NCBI RefSeq assembly: GCF_004010195.1
Contig: NC_057718.1
Location: 89,423,022 to 89,467,125 of the forward strand
Origin: Chiloscyllium plagiosum
Lineage: Eukaryota
Reading direction: 5' to 3'
Length of the DNA stretch: 44,104 nt
Below are positions 1-11,576 of the stretch, piece by piece. Position numbers and translations under genes: made by a program. The notes beneath the pieces are model-generated. The model did no database searches. It saw only the letters and a program-made list of their open reading frames with translations, and was not told where the DNA came from. The stretch's first letter is position 1; the number at the start of each line of letters is the position of its first letter.

Positions 1-466
1 TGGCCTGGTCTGGTGTGGAGGCTTGGTGCAGGCACAGACCCTGGTGACAGAACAGTTAATCTCATACTTTTTTTATTTCCTTTTTCTTCTTACGTTGGAC
101 ATTTAGTTATTATCCTTTCAACTTTTTACCAAGCACTGAAGTATCTGTACCTCAATATCTTGTACCTAAGATGACAACACAAGCAATGACATTGCAAACG
201 TTTCACTGCACTCATTCGAGTGCACATGGCAATGAAGTTAATTCAGTTTGATACACAGAGCGTGCCCATTCAGTCTGAGTCAATCAGGGAAGTACTGAAT
301 GTCTGCATCTCTTGCCTCAACTCCATAACAAGACGTGGAATGAGATGGAAGGGGGAGTCCCAAACAAATCTTTCAACAGGCAAGTCTACCTGGGGAGTGT
401 GAGAGAAGTGGCAACTGTAAAAGAAAAGCTCTAGATGTGGTGGATGTGAACTTTGCATCTCACAGG

Positions 467-608
467 CTACCTCTCCCTCAATCTCTCCCCTCACTACCTC
501 TCCCTCAACCTCTCCCCTCACTACCTCTCCCTCAATCTCTCCCCTCACTACCTCTCCCTAAACCTCTCCCTCACTACCTCTCCCTCAACCTCACCCCTCG
601 CTACCTCT
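467..608. repeat. 27-bp pyrimidine-rich minisatellite (ctacctctccctcaatctctcccctca), about 5 copies
   Basis: Directly visible tandem units. Confidence 0.9.
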
Positions 609-952
609 TTATAAAGCCATCTCCTGGCTATCCTGATTTTTATTTGTTGTCTTGAGATTTTTGATAATACTCAGGAGAGGTCCTGTGGGACATTTTATTA
701 CATTAAATGGTTATTTAAATGTATGTTGTTATTGTTGTTGAATTGGCAATTAACTGGCTCAGTAAGCACATGGATAATGAGTGCAGTGCCTTTATTACTC
801 TCTCAAGTCAGAGTCAAATTGTGGTTCTATCGCATCCCAAGCAATAAGAGCTTGGCAACACCAGACTAATGATTCAACTAAAAGGTGTCAAGGCACACTT
901 TCTCATTCTCCTTCTGTCTCACCCTCCTTTTTCGCTCTCTCACTTTCTCTGC

Positions 953-1887
953 CCATTTATATAAATGATTTGGATGCGAGCATAAGAGGTGTAGTTAGTA
1001 AGTTTGCAGATGACACCAAAATTGGAGGTGTAGTGGACAGTGAAGAGGGTTACCTCATAGTACAACAGGATCTTGACCAGATGTGGCAGATGGAGTCTAA
1101 TTTAGATAAATGCGAGGTGCTGCATTTTGGGAAAGCAAATCAGAGCAGGACTTATACACTTAATGTAAGGTCCTACGGAGTGTTGCTGAACAAAGAGACC
1201 TTGGAGTGCAGGTTCATAGCTCCTTGAAAGTGGAGTCGCAGGTAGATAGGATAGTGAAGAAGGTATTTGGTATGCTTTCCTTTATTGGTCAGAGTATTGA
1301 GTACAGGAGTTGGGAGGTCATGTTGCGGCTGTACAGGACACTGGTTAGGCCACTGTTGGAATATTGTGTGCAATTCTGGTCTCCTTTCTGTCAGAAGGAT
1401 GTTGTGAAACTTGAAAGGGTTCAGAAAAGATTTACAAGGATGTTGCCAGGGTTGGAGGATTTGAGCTACAGGGGAAAGCTGAATAGACTGGGGCTGTTTT
1501 AACCGGTTGCGTCGGAGGCTGAAGGGTGACCTTATAGATATTTATAAAATCACGAGGGGTTTGGATAGGATAAATCGACAAGTCTTTTCTCTGGGGTAGA
1601 GGAGTCCAGAACTAGAGGGCATAGGTTTAGGGTGAGAGGGGAAAGATTTAAAAGGGACTTAAGGGGCAATGTTTTCACACAGAGGGTGGTACATGTATGG
1701 AATGAGTTGCCAGAGGAAGTGGTGGAGACTGGTACAATTACAGCATTTAAAAGGCATCTGGATGGGTAAATGAATAGGAAGGGCTTAGAGGGATTTGGGC
1801 CGGGTGCTGGCAAATGGGACTAGATTGGGTTGGGATATCTGGTCAGCATGGATGGGTTGGACCATGCTGGACATCTTTGTGACTCTA
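953..1887 (+). mobile_element. 5'-truncated CR1 (HER1-like) LINE, reverse transcriptase C-terminal part plus 3' UTR, decayed
   Basis: YINDLD...[30 protein letters not shown] and LERVQKRFTRM motifs, with frameshifts and stops. Confidence 0.92.
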
Positions 1888-2362
1888 AATGGATCGCAGC
1901 CTGTTTCAGTACTGAAATCCTTGGTTGCCTTTTTCCTGTTCCCACCATACAACTGTAGCATTTTAGCCCCCACTGCCACCATCAGCAGGGACTTGCTCAC
2001 CTGATCCTCTTGCCCATCCCTCCCGTTCCTGTCGTCAGGAATCACTGAAGTCAGAGAGGACCCCTTCGGCAGCTCCCCGGGCCTACCAACCTGGGCCAAA
2101 TGGCCTGCGTCCACACTGCAGAGATACAATGATTCTACGCTCTGCCTCTCGATGGGTCACTCCAAAACCAAGCAGAGGGCAAGTGTCATCTTTACGAGCA
2201 TACAAAGTTGGGGTAGACTCATGAGCCTGCTTCGCCATTTAATAAGTCTGTGGCTGACATGATTGTAACCTTAACTCGCTATTCTTGCCTCCCTTGATAA
2301 CCTTTCAAATGGGTTAATGGCTCAAAGAACTGAAGAGCCTACTCATGTTCTCCTTTTCTATG

Positions 2363-2425
2363 TTACCTCGTCTAACTAGGTTCTGGGTTACCTCGTCTAA
2401 CTAGGTTCTGGGTTACCAGGTTCTA
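2363..2425. repeat. Short tandem duplication (gttacctcgtctaactaggttctgg x2 plus a partial copy)
   Basis: Visible 25-bp direct repeat. Confidence 0.85.
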
Positions 2426-2458
2426 ACTCTGCCTTCAAAATAGCAAACATCTCTTATT

Positions 2459-3943
2459 TAGAGTCATAGAGCCATAGACATGTACAGCATGGAAACCGAC
2501 CCTTGGATCCAACCCGTCCATGCCAACCAGATATCCCAACCCAATCTAGTCCCACCTGCCAGCACCCGGCCCATATCCCTCCAAACCCTTCCTATTCATA
2601 TACCCATCCAAATGCCTCTTAAATCTTGCAATTTTACCAGCCTCCACCACATCCTCTGGCAGCTCATTCCATACACGTACCACCCTCTGTGTGAAAAAGT
2701 TGTCCCATAGGTCTCTTTTATATCTTTCCCCTCTCACCCGAAACCTATGCCCTCTAGTTCTGGACTCCCCCACCCCAGGGAAAAGACTTTGTCTATTTAC
2801 CCTATCCATGCCCCTCTTAATTTTGTAAACCTCTATAAGGTCACCCCTCAGCCTCCGATGCTCCAGAGAAAACAGCCCCAGCCTGTTCAATCTCTCCCTA
2901 TAGCTCAAATCCTCCAACATCTTTGTAAATCTTTTCTGAATCCTTTCAAGTTTCACAACATCTTTCCGATAGGAAGGAGACCAGAATTGCACGCAATATT
3001 CCAACCGTGGTTTAACCAATGCCCTGTACAGCCACAACATGACATCCCAACTCCTGTACTCAATATTCTGACCAATAAATGAAAGCATACTAAACGCCTT
3101 CTTCACTATCCTATCTACCTGTGACTCCAGTTTCAAGGAGCTATGAACCTGCACTCCAAGGTCTCTTTGTTCAGCAACACTCCCCAGGACCTTACCATTA
3201 AGTGTGTAAGTCCTGCTAAGATTTGCTTTCCCAAAATGCAGCACCTCGCATATATCTGAATTAAACTCATCTGCTACTTCTCAGCCCATTGGCCCATCTG
3301 GTCAAGACCCTGTTGTAATCTGAGGTAATCTTCTTCGCTGTCCACTACACCTCCAATTTTGGTGTCATCTGCAAACTTACTAACTGTACCTCTTATGCTC
3401 GCATCCAAATCATTTATGTAAATGACAAAAAGTAGAGGGCCCAGCACCGATCCTTGTGGCACTCCACTGGTCACAGGCCTCCAGTCTGAACACCCTCTGT
3501 CTTCTATCTTTGAGCCAGTTCTGTATCCAAATGGCTCGTTCTCCCTGTATTCCATGAAATAACCTTGCTAATCAGTCTCCCATGGGGAACCTTGTCGAAC
3601 GCCTAACTGCAGTCCATATAGGAGAAAGTGAGGTCTGCAGATGCTGGAGATCAGAGCTGGAAATGTGTTGCTGGAAAAGCGCAGCAGGTCAGGCAGCATC
3701 TAGGGAACAGGAGAATCGACGTTTCGGGCATTAGCCCGAAAGCCTGAAGAAGGGCTAATGCCTGAAACGTCGATTCTCCTGTTCCCTAGATGCTGTCTGA
3801 CCTGCTGCGCTTTTCCAGCAACACATTTCCAGTGCAGTCCATATAGATCACATCTACCGCTCTGCCCTCATCAATCCTCTTTGTTACTTCCTCAAAAAAT
3901 TCAATCAAGTTTGTGAGAGATGATTTCCCACGCACAAAGCCAT
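2459..3943 (-). mobile_element. 5'-truncated CR1 (HER1-like) LINE, interrupted by a PLE mini-element
   Basis: [22 protein letters not shown]...KFADDTK RT motifs (ORF 3274..3555), C-terminal ORF 2546..3244 and a short-repeat tail near 2459-2480. Confidence 0.93.
3622..3832. mobile_element. Palindromic Penelope-like mini-element with hammerhead-like motif
   Basis: Inverted arms; TSD tgcagtccatatag at 3608-3621 and 3833-3846; CTGAAGA-A-GGGC-TAAT-GCCT-GAAACGTC at 3744-3771. Confidence 0.85.
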
Positions 3944-3944
3944 C

Positions 3945-4380
3945 TTAGGATGGTGAATAGTTTCAAGAAGGGAATGGCGGTTTTCCAAGTGCCAACTGCC
4001 CTTGCCGTTTGAGGTGAGGGGGGTCACGGATTTGGAAGGTGCTGTCAAACTCCTCAGTGTTTCCCAGTTAATGGTACACACTGCTGTCATTATGCATCGG
4101 TGTTGGTGCGAGGGAGTGCTGGAAGTGTTGGACGGCATGTCGGTCAAGTGGACTGCTTTGCCCTGGATGGTGTTGAAGTTCTTGATGGAGTTCATCCAGG
4201 CAAGTGGGGAGAATTCCATCACACTCCTCACAGATGCTGGACTGGCTTTGGGGAGTCAGGAGATGAGTTACTTGCTGCAAAATTTCTAGCCTCTGACCCG
4301 CTCTTGTAGACACTGTGTTAATAAAGTTGGTCCACTTCAGTTTCTGGTCAGCGATAATCCCACAGTGGGGGGTTCAGTGA
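3945..4380 (-). mobile_element. Older non-LTR retrotransposon RT C-terminal fragment (L2/CR1 group)
   Basis: Frameshifted RAGQRLEILQQVTHLLTPQS / RSVMEFSPLAWMN, typical of the LINE RT thumb region. Confidence 0.65.
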
Positions 4381-5471
4381 TGCGTGGGGCAAAGGCACCA
4401 GCACATTCAGCTGGGCCAAATGGCCTACTTCTGTGCTGTTAATTCTACCTAGCTATCACATGATAGCTGGGTAGAATTTTTAGATAAATTCTGATATTTC
4501 TCACACACAGAATTCATAATCTTCTTTTGTGTTGTGGTGTCCCATGCGCTTCTGAGGGGGAAAATATTTCATTTTAGGGTGATGGTCACTTTAAGTTTCT
4601 CTGAGATATTTCTTGTAAAACACCTTGCTGTCAGAAACCGATGAGGAGAGCAAGATGTTTGGGGGGTACACAGTAGAAAAAGGGTCCACCAAAGGCTGCT
4701 TTTCGGAATAAGTCGGTTCCTGGGTGCGATTCTGTCTTCGAGCAGTTTAATTTTAATTTAGGACAAATTGACTGCAGACCAATAAACATTCTGTTCCAGC
4801 AGAAGTCAGGTAAAATATTGAACAGTGGCTCAACATTTGTTATTTGCAGGACTCCACTAGGAAGTCTACAACAATATCACGATTAGAAGAGATTTGAAGG
4901 AAATTCTTGATCGGTTGTTACTGGACAACCCAAAAAAATGACAACTTTTAAATGAGTCTTTGAAACAGTAATCAGACCAAATCATTAATCTTCCAGCTTC
5001 TGAAAGGTATATATCAAATAGGTGTAGAAGAAAATTTAAAAAGTTTGTTTTAAAGTGTAAAGCAATTATATTAATTGTGCTTTTAATATCATTAAAGTAA
5101 CCAACTATGTAAGAAGGAGTAGTTATTATTATATACGTTCTTTGATTTTTATGTGGTAAGATTATTTTCATTTAAACTGTGAACCTTATGGCATTGCTCT
5201 TTCAATAAACACCTGGAATTTCAGATTCTGAAAAAAAACACTCATCATGTCACTGATTTTCACCAAGATCATGAAAAGTTTGAGAATCTAATCCAATTTC
5301 CTGGCACAAGTATGTGTCTCAGCCCTTGTCTGGTGTTAATCACACCCAGTTCTGTGGGAGCCGCACACACCCCTCTCACGCTTTCGAAAAGGAGAGCTGA
5401 CACATGGAGCGTTATGTCGAGCTCTCCAGCCTCCTGCTTGTCTACCTTCAGTAAAGCGTTGACAGGTTTAC

Positions 5472-5657
5472 CTTAGCTGCGTCTTGCAGGCTCTGAAGGC
5501 GGGTTCGCATGAGTTGCTGGAGCTCATCTGTCTGCTGGTGGAGGTTGGCCACGCGCTGAGACATTGCACCCGTCTGATGCACATCACTGACGCTGTCTAA
5601 CTTCTCACCCATGGCCTGCAGATCACTCTGGATTTCCTCCGATTCACGTAGGGTGGC
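5472..5657 (-). CDS. SYNE1: SYNE1 coding exon, 186 bp (ATLRESEEIQSDL...LQSLQDAAK)
   Basis: Acceptor tttccatttgcag| and donor AAG|gtaaac. Matches recalled human ...IKIRLQNLQDAAK. I did not find the next exon in 1..5471. Confidence 0.92.
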
Positions 5658-5727
5658 CTGCAAATGGAAATAAAGACCTGGGATCGATATAGAGCCTTAG
5701 ACATCTTGGAGCATCCAACAATCAACC

Positions 5728-6045
5728 AAGGAATCCCTACAGCGTGGAAGCAGGTAATTCGCCCATCGATTACACACCAATCCTCCGAACAGCATCCCAC
5801 CCAGATTCGCTTCCCCTACCTCATCCCTGCAACCCTACATTTCCCATAGCCAACCCACCTGGGCTGCACATCATTGAGCAACAGTCAATCCACCTAATCT
5901 AAACATCTCTGGACTGTGGGAGAGAACAGGAGCAGCCAGAGATGTGGGGAGAATGTGCAACCTCCAAACAGACAGTCACCCAAGGGTGGAATCCAACCTG
6001 GGTCCCCAGCACTGTGAGGTAGCAGGGCTAACCACTAAGCCACCC
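5728..6045 (-). mobile_element. HE1-type tRNA-derived V-SINE
   Basis: Homologous to the other copies in the window (A/B-box head ggtggcttagtggttag, V-domain core, HER1-like tail). Confidence 0.85.
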
Positions 6046-6547
6046 TTAAGTCCAAATTTTTATTGGATTCAAATTCTACCATGGCATTCGAACCGTGGTT
6101 CCCAGAATATTACAGCACAGGCTTGGAGGGCCGAAGGGCCTGTTCCTGTGCTGTTTTGTTCTTATTACCTGGATCTACGTGATAATGTCACTGACTCCCC
6201 ATTAATCAAATGCAATTAGTGTCATTAGTGCAAATAAATGTGAACAAACTGCTCGGGGATTTCCGATGAACAGTCAATGATAGGAATACAGAGGTAAATA
6301 TTGGATGTGAAAAGCATGACTGCATTTATACAGCAATTTTCATGTCCTCACTCCGTCCTGAAGTGCTTGACAATGACTTATGCATTTTTTGAACTACAAT
6401 CGATCATTTGTTGTAATGTGCAGCAGATTGATGCATTTGAAAGTTCCACAGGTAGTGACAGAAGTGACCAGATCACATTCTTATACTGGTCATCGGACAA
6501 GTAGAATAAAAAGATGACCCCAGGGCTGCTCCCTCTCATTAGAAAGA

Positions 6548-6576
6548 TAGAGAGCGAGAGAGAGAGAGAGAGAGAG
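6548..6576. repeat. (AG)n microsatellite
   Basis: Visible. Confidence 0.85.
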
Positions 6577-7025
6577 GACGAGTGGTGAGCTTAACCTGAA
6601 GGTCCAAACACCTCAAACCTTTGTGGTAACTTCAGCCAGTGAGGACGAGTATTCACTCAGACACCAGGGAGAGAACTTCTTATCGTTCTTCAAGATTGCA
6701 ATGGGACCTGCTACATCCTCCCCCCCTGCCCCCAGTTTAACATCTAATCCAATTGCCAGTGCCTTTCACTGTGCACTCGGTACAGCATGGAAAATCCAAC
6801 ACGATGTGGGTGATCTACAGTCACCTACGTACCCTGACTGTATCCAGCAATCACAGCTGCAGGTACTGACACATCTGCAGGACAGGAGCGCTCTGCAGTG
6901 ACTCTGCCCGAGAGGAGGAGGCAAGGCCATCTGGCCTCACGGACAGAAGTTGCTGAAAGTTTGTGAGTTGGTCGTTAACTTGGGCCACGTGTACAAAGCA
7001 GCAGCTTAACAAATTTGTGTCCTAC

Positions 7026-7163
7026 CTGGTAGGTAATCAGTTGGTCATTGAGCTGAGCTGCACAATGCCAACTGATCGCACTGTACCCGAGATCCTTGGC
7101 TTTCTCCAACCACTTCAGCACAAACTCAAGCATCTCATGGAATTCCTCCAACTGTGAAGCAGC
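7026..7163 (-). CDS. SYNE1: SYNE1 coding exon, 138 bp (AASQLEEFHEMLEFVLKWLEKAK...LITYQ); absent from the supplied ORF track
   Basis: Read by hand: acceptor aacctcatcag|GCT and donor CAG|gtagga. Matches recalled human AASHLEEYNEMLELILKWIEKAK. Confidence 0.92.
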
Positions 7164-7199
7164 CTGATGAGGTTAAGAGGAGCAGCAGGTTAGATTAGA

Positions 7200-7612
7200 A
7201 CAGACACTACACACATACACATATACCAGAGCAACACAGAAACAGACAGACACCAACACAGCACAACCACCGACACAATACAGACAGCACCCAGACACTG
7301 ACACAATACAGATCCGCAACACAACAGACACAGACAGCACCCAGACACTGACCAACACAACAGACACAGACAGCACCCAGACACTGACACAATACAGACA
7401 CTGTAACACAACAGACACAGACAGCACCCAGACACTGACACAACACAGACACTGCAACACAACAGACACAGACAGCACCCAGACACTGACACAATACAGA
7501 CACTGCAACACAACAGACCAGACAGCACCCAGACAGACACAATACAGACACTGCAACACAACAGACCAGACAGCAACACAGATATTAAACAGCGACACAG
7601 ACACACAATACA
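7200..7612. repeat. CA-rich minisatellite, ~51-bp unit (UG-rich on the transcribed strand)
   Basis: Repeating caacacaacagacacagacagcacccagacactgacacaatacagacactg. Confidence 0.9.
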
Positions 7613-8394
7613 ATGCTAATATACAGAAGTGACAGATGAGTTGCAGTCCATACTGGGCAGGATCCTGACAACATGGTTTTGTACTGAGATGGAGTTATTG
7701 GAGGATGGGGAGAGACAAGGAAAAGCTGGAGTGATCGAGCTGTTCATGGCTAGAGGTGACTAGACAAATCGTCAAACGCCATCACAATGGAAACACTATT
7801 TTGGAAAACTTGTCCCCTCTTCTGTTTTCACTAGCAATTTCCCCATCCTCCTGAAGGTGCCGGGTCTGGTATCACAGTTTTCTGATCCCTTTCAGCAGCT
7901 TGTCGTGCCTGAGGTTGGACACGAGTGTTGGCTCATCCTAGTCATTCACAAGAGAGTGAACCGCTGCCTGCAGCCTCCACCACCACCCATTCCCCAAGGA
8001 CCTTCATCCTACAGTGGGTTGTAATCCACCTTAGCAGCTACCAACCATCACCTTTCATCAAGGAGAACACATACAATGCTTGGTTATTTCTGTTCTGTCC
8101 GCAAATCCTTCTGGGACTCATGCCCAGCTCATGTCTCCTCGAAAATCCCTCCTAGCTAGAGGTCCACATCCACATTCCTCAATCTATCTGTGCCATTTCC
8201 AAGCAAAATCTTCATCCCTCTGACCACATTCTCTCAACGTACTCCCCTAGCCCCTCTGCCTTTCTACGTCTCCCACCATCATTAAAGGCTCATTTTTCAA
8301 CCACCTTTCATCACCTCTCGATGCCCCCTCCATCGCTCAGGCTCCACTTCCTACGTTCTCTCCTTTGAGGCACCAGTGAGTGTTGTGTAAAGCA

Positions 8395-8558
8395 GCATAG
8401 GATCCTTAAGATCCATCTCGGTGAGCAGGCGGGCATCAATTTAATGCCTCTTTTGAAAGACAGCACCTCCGATAACACAGAAGTCCCCCAGCACTGCGCC
8501 TTCACAGGTCTCAGTGGAAGCTGAACCTTTCAACCGTCTGACTCAGAAGTGCTGCCAA
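8395..8558 (-). mobile_element. DeuSINE (SacSINE1-like) 5' fragment
   Basis: Reverse complement reads ctgagtcaga...cagtgctgggggac...tcggaggtgctgtcttt...aggatcc, resembling the recalled SacSINE1/AmnSINE1 consensus. Confidence 0.6.
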
Positions 8559-9934
8559 CTTTAACTAACATTTGCAACGTACATTAAACTGATGTTTTTG
8601 GAGTACCTCACATTGCCCTACTAACTGATCTTTACTGCATAACCTTAAAGGAACTTCTGTTATTACTTGCTGTGCACCTCAAATTATTTTCCGATCTCTT
8701 GTATATGATATGAATCTGTCACAGAACAGAAGGACCCACAGGGTCCAAACTTTGCCTCACTGTTTCTGACGAAGCAAAGTGTTGCTTTTACTGAATCTGA
8801 AGTCAGAGAGAACCAATCACTGGGGACTGTGCTGGAAGTAGAAACAATGATAGTAGAAACATTTGGCCCTTTGAGACTGTGGTGCCATTCAATATGATCA
8901 TCCAGTGGAGAGCCTGGGAGTGTCCATTAATCCCTGGAAATAACTGAATCCCAGGAACATGCTCAAACACCAGCTGAAGTTCCATTCGCGTCAGCGACAG
9001 TTCAGGAAGCTGCTCCTGGGAATTTCGAGCACGATAGGGTTTGATGAAGATCTGTGGGCACGATGACCACGGACAGAAGTTTACAATTACCCCCACCAGG
9101 CCAGTTTGGAAGCTGGCGGGATACATGGGTTTCATAGAATACAACGAGTGCCCTTTCCAACATCGACATGACCACTCCCAAAAACTGTATCCCATTTTAC
9201 AGGGGGGGGAAGGAAGGGGAATTTGAGAGTGGAGATCTTGAACTGACAATTGTCCCAAAGTGGCTGATTATTGGTCACATCAGGGCCTCACCTCACCACT
9301 GCTGCTGTTGGACTTGGTGCAGGAGAGGCCCAGACAGAGTAAGTCGCTGGCAGCTTAGGCTTCCTGCGGTGGTCTCTTCCTTGGAGGGTTCACCCTCTGT
9401 CCATGTAAGGCACCAAACACACCCCCACCCGTGCACCCCTCATCACCTCGAAAGTCAAAGCCAACACCCCTCCCCACTTAACCTTCCCCACCCCGGTCTC
9501 TCAAATCCAGCCCACAAATTCTCAAACCCCTCCCCCAATTCCACCCACCCCCCTCACTGGTGCCTGGCAGCCTGGTCCCACCATTCATGCTAATAGTTGG
9601 CACTCCATTAAGTTCCCCTTCTCCAGGGGCTGACTGCAGTCCCAGTTGTGGCCACCACTCGTGCCTGGCGCTGTTGTGACTACAGGGCTTCCATGTGGAC
9701 ACCAGCTCTGTCAGGCAGCAGGTCCTCCCCGGAGAAGACTGGGAGTGGGGAGGTAGCTGAAATCACGCCCTGACCCAGTGAACGCACCACCGATCAGTAA
9801 ATGGGTATCGGGTGGCTTGTATTGGTGGGGATGGGGATCAACACCTCAGTTGGCGGGGCAGGAAACTATACCATCCACGATGGTCCTGTCAGTCAGGCTG
9901 GGAGTCTCTGGGGTGCACTGCAAAGGGATCAGGA

Positions 9935-10478
9935 CAGAACAAAGAACAGCCCAGTGCAGGAATAGGCTCTTCATCCAACAAGACTGCACTGACGCATGAT
10001 GTCCTTTCGGAACTATAAACCTTTCGCCTCCACACGGTCCATATGCCTCTATTCCCTGCCTGTTCCTGTATCTGTCAGGATGCCTCTTAAACAGTGCTAT
10101 TGCATCTGACTCCACCACCTCCTCTAGCAGTGCATTTCAGGCACTTACCACCCTCTGTGTTAAAAAGAAAACATGCCTCTTACATCTCCTATAAACTTAC
10201 CCCCTTTTACCTAAAACCTATGTCCCCTGGGAAAAAGCTCCGACTATCTATCATATCCACGTCTCTCATAATTTTGTAAACTTCTTTCAGGTCACCCCTC
10301 AGCTTCTGACATTCAAGTCAAAACAACTCAATCTGTCCTCATAGCTAATACCCTCTAAAACAAGGCAACATCCTGGTAAACCTTTTCTGTACCTTCTCCA
10401 AAGCCTCCACATCCTTCAGGTAGTGTGGTGACCAGAACTGTACTCAATATTCCAAATGTAGCCTAGCTAAAGTTCTAG
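9935..10478 (-). mobile_element. CR1 LINE 3' fragment
   Basis: VESDAIALFKRHPDRYRNRQGIEAYG C-terminus; homologous to the other CR1 copies. Confidence 0.85.
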
Positions 10479-10769
10479 TTAGGCAGGACTTCAGCATCTT
10501 GAGGAATGGAGATCTAAGAAACTGGAGCAGGAGGAGGCCTCAAAACTGTTCCTGAATTCAATTAGATCTTGATCGATCTGGACTTCAACAATAACCTGGC
10601 TTGGTTCCTTATCTCTTTATTAACCTTACCGTTCAAAATTACATCAGTCCCAATTTTGAACATTTCATGTGGTTGAATTGATTGACTCAGCGGTAGTTCT
10701 GGATTTCCACTGCTCTGGACATGAAAAAGTACTTGCTAATGTCCACCCAGAATGACGCAGCTCCAACTG

Positions 10770-11083
10770 ATTAGATTAGATTAGATTCCCTACAGTGTGG
10801 AAACAGGCCCTTCAGCCCAACCAGTCCACACCAACGAGTCACCCACCCAGACCCATTTCCCTCTGACTAACGCCCCTACCACTATGGGCAATTTGGCATG
10901 GCCAATCCACCTGACCTGCACATCTTTGGACTGAGGGAGGAAACTGGAGCACCCGGAGGAAACCCGCACAGTCACAAGAAGAATGTGCAAACTCCACACA
11001 CACAGATGCCCGAGGCTGGAATCGAACCTGGGTCCCTGGTGCTGTGAGGCAGCAGTGCTAACCACTGAGCCACCATACCACCC
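10770..11083 (-). mobile_element. HE1-type V-SINE, full length
   Basis: Head ggtggctcagtggttagcactgctgcctcacagc, B box ggttcgattcc, (aatct)n tail. Confidence 0.92.
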
Positions 11084-11322
11084 TCCCACAAGAGGAAGGA
11101 ATTTCTATTTACCTAATCAAATATCATAAACACCTCAAGTGAACCTCTCTTAAACATCCACATTTAAGCCTAGACTATGCAACAATTGTGAACCCTTTTA
11201 GCTCCATTGCAGGGGAAAGACAGGCAGGAATTAAAAGCAATAATGTTCTGAAAACACAAATTGCATTGCGATGACGTGAAGGGGGCAGATTTTGAGCTGT
11301 GTGCACAGCTGACATTGCTTAC

Positions 11323-11505
11323 CTTGTTAAGTTTGGAGGCTCTGTACTCGGTCTCCTTAAAGACCTGCTGATACAGACTCGAGAGCTTGATCATGTCATC
11401 GGTCAGACACTTGCTCTGATGAGGGTTCTGCTCTGTGAAATCCTGTATTGTTGCGTCCAGTTCCACAAGTTTCACATTGCAGCTGTCCACCTTGTCCCAT
11501 AGTCT
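11323..11505 (-). CDS. SYNE1: SYNE1 coding exon, 183 bp (RLWDKVDSCNVKL...RASKLNK)
   Basis: Acceptor ggcttttgcag| and donor AAG|gtaagc. Matches recalled human CNSKLMELDAAVQKFLEQN...AENRLSKLNQ. Confidence 0.92.
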
Positions 11506-11576
11506 CTGCAAAAGCCAAATCACCTCACAATCAAACCTCCATGGCTCCCTCCCAGATTAAATTGGGATGTGTACAG

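Noticed and set aside
270..402. Helical-looking peptide VMELRQEMQTFSTSL as the next SYNE1 exon
   Set aside because: It does not resemble the expected next segment (recalled human DMKKFEAELKKLQ...) and has no convincing splice sites.
2546..3555. Reverse transcriptase ORFs as functional genes
   Set aside because: All CR1 copies are 5'-truncated, with stops, frameshifts or insertions.
7173..7613. Cys/Val-rich ORFs resembling metallothionein or keratin-associated proteins
   Set aside because: These are translations of the TG-rich minisatellite, open in all three frames.
8900..9930. GC-richer block that may be a DNA-transposon derivative
   Set aside because: I could not establish terminal inverted repeats, a TSD or coding motifs by eye.
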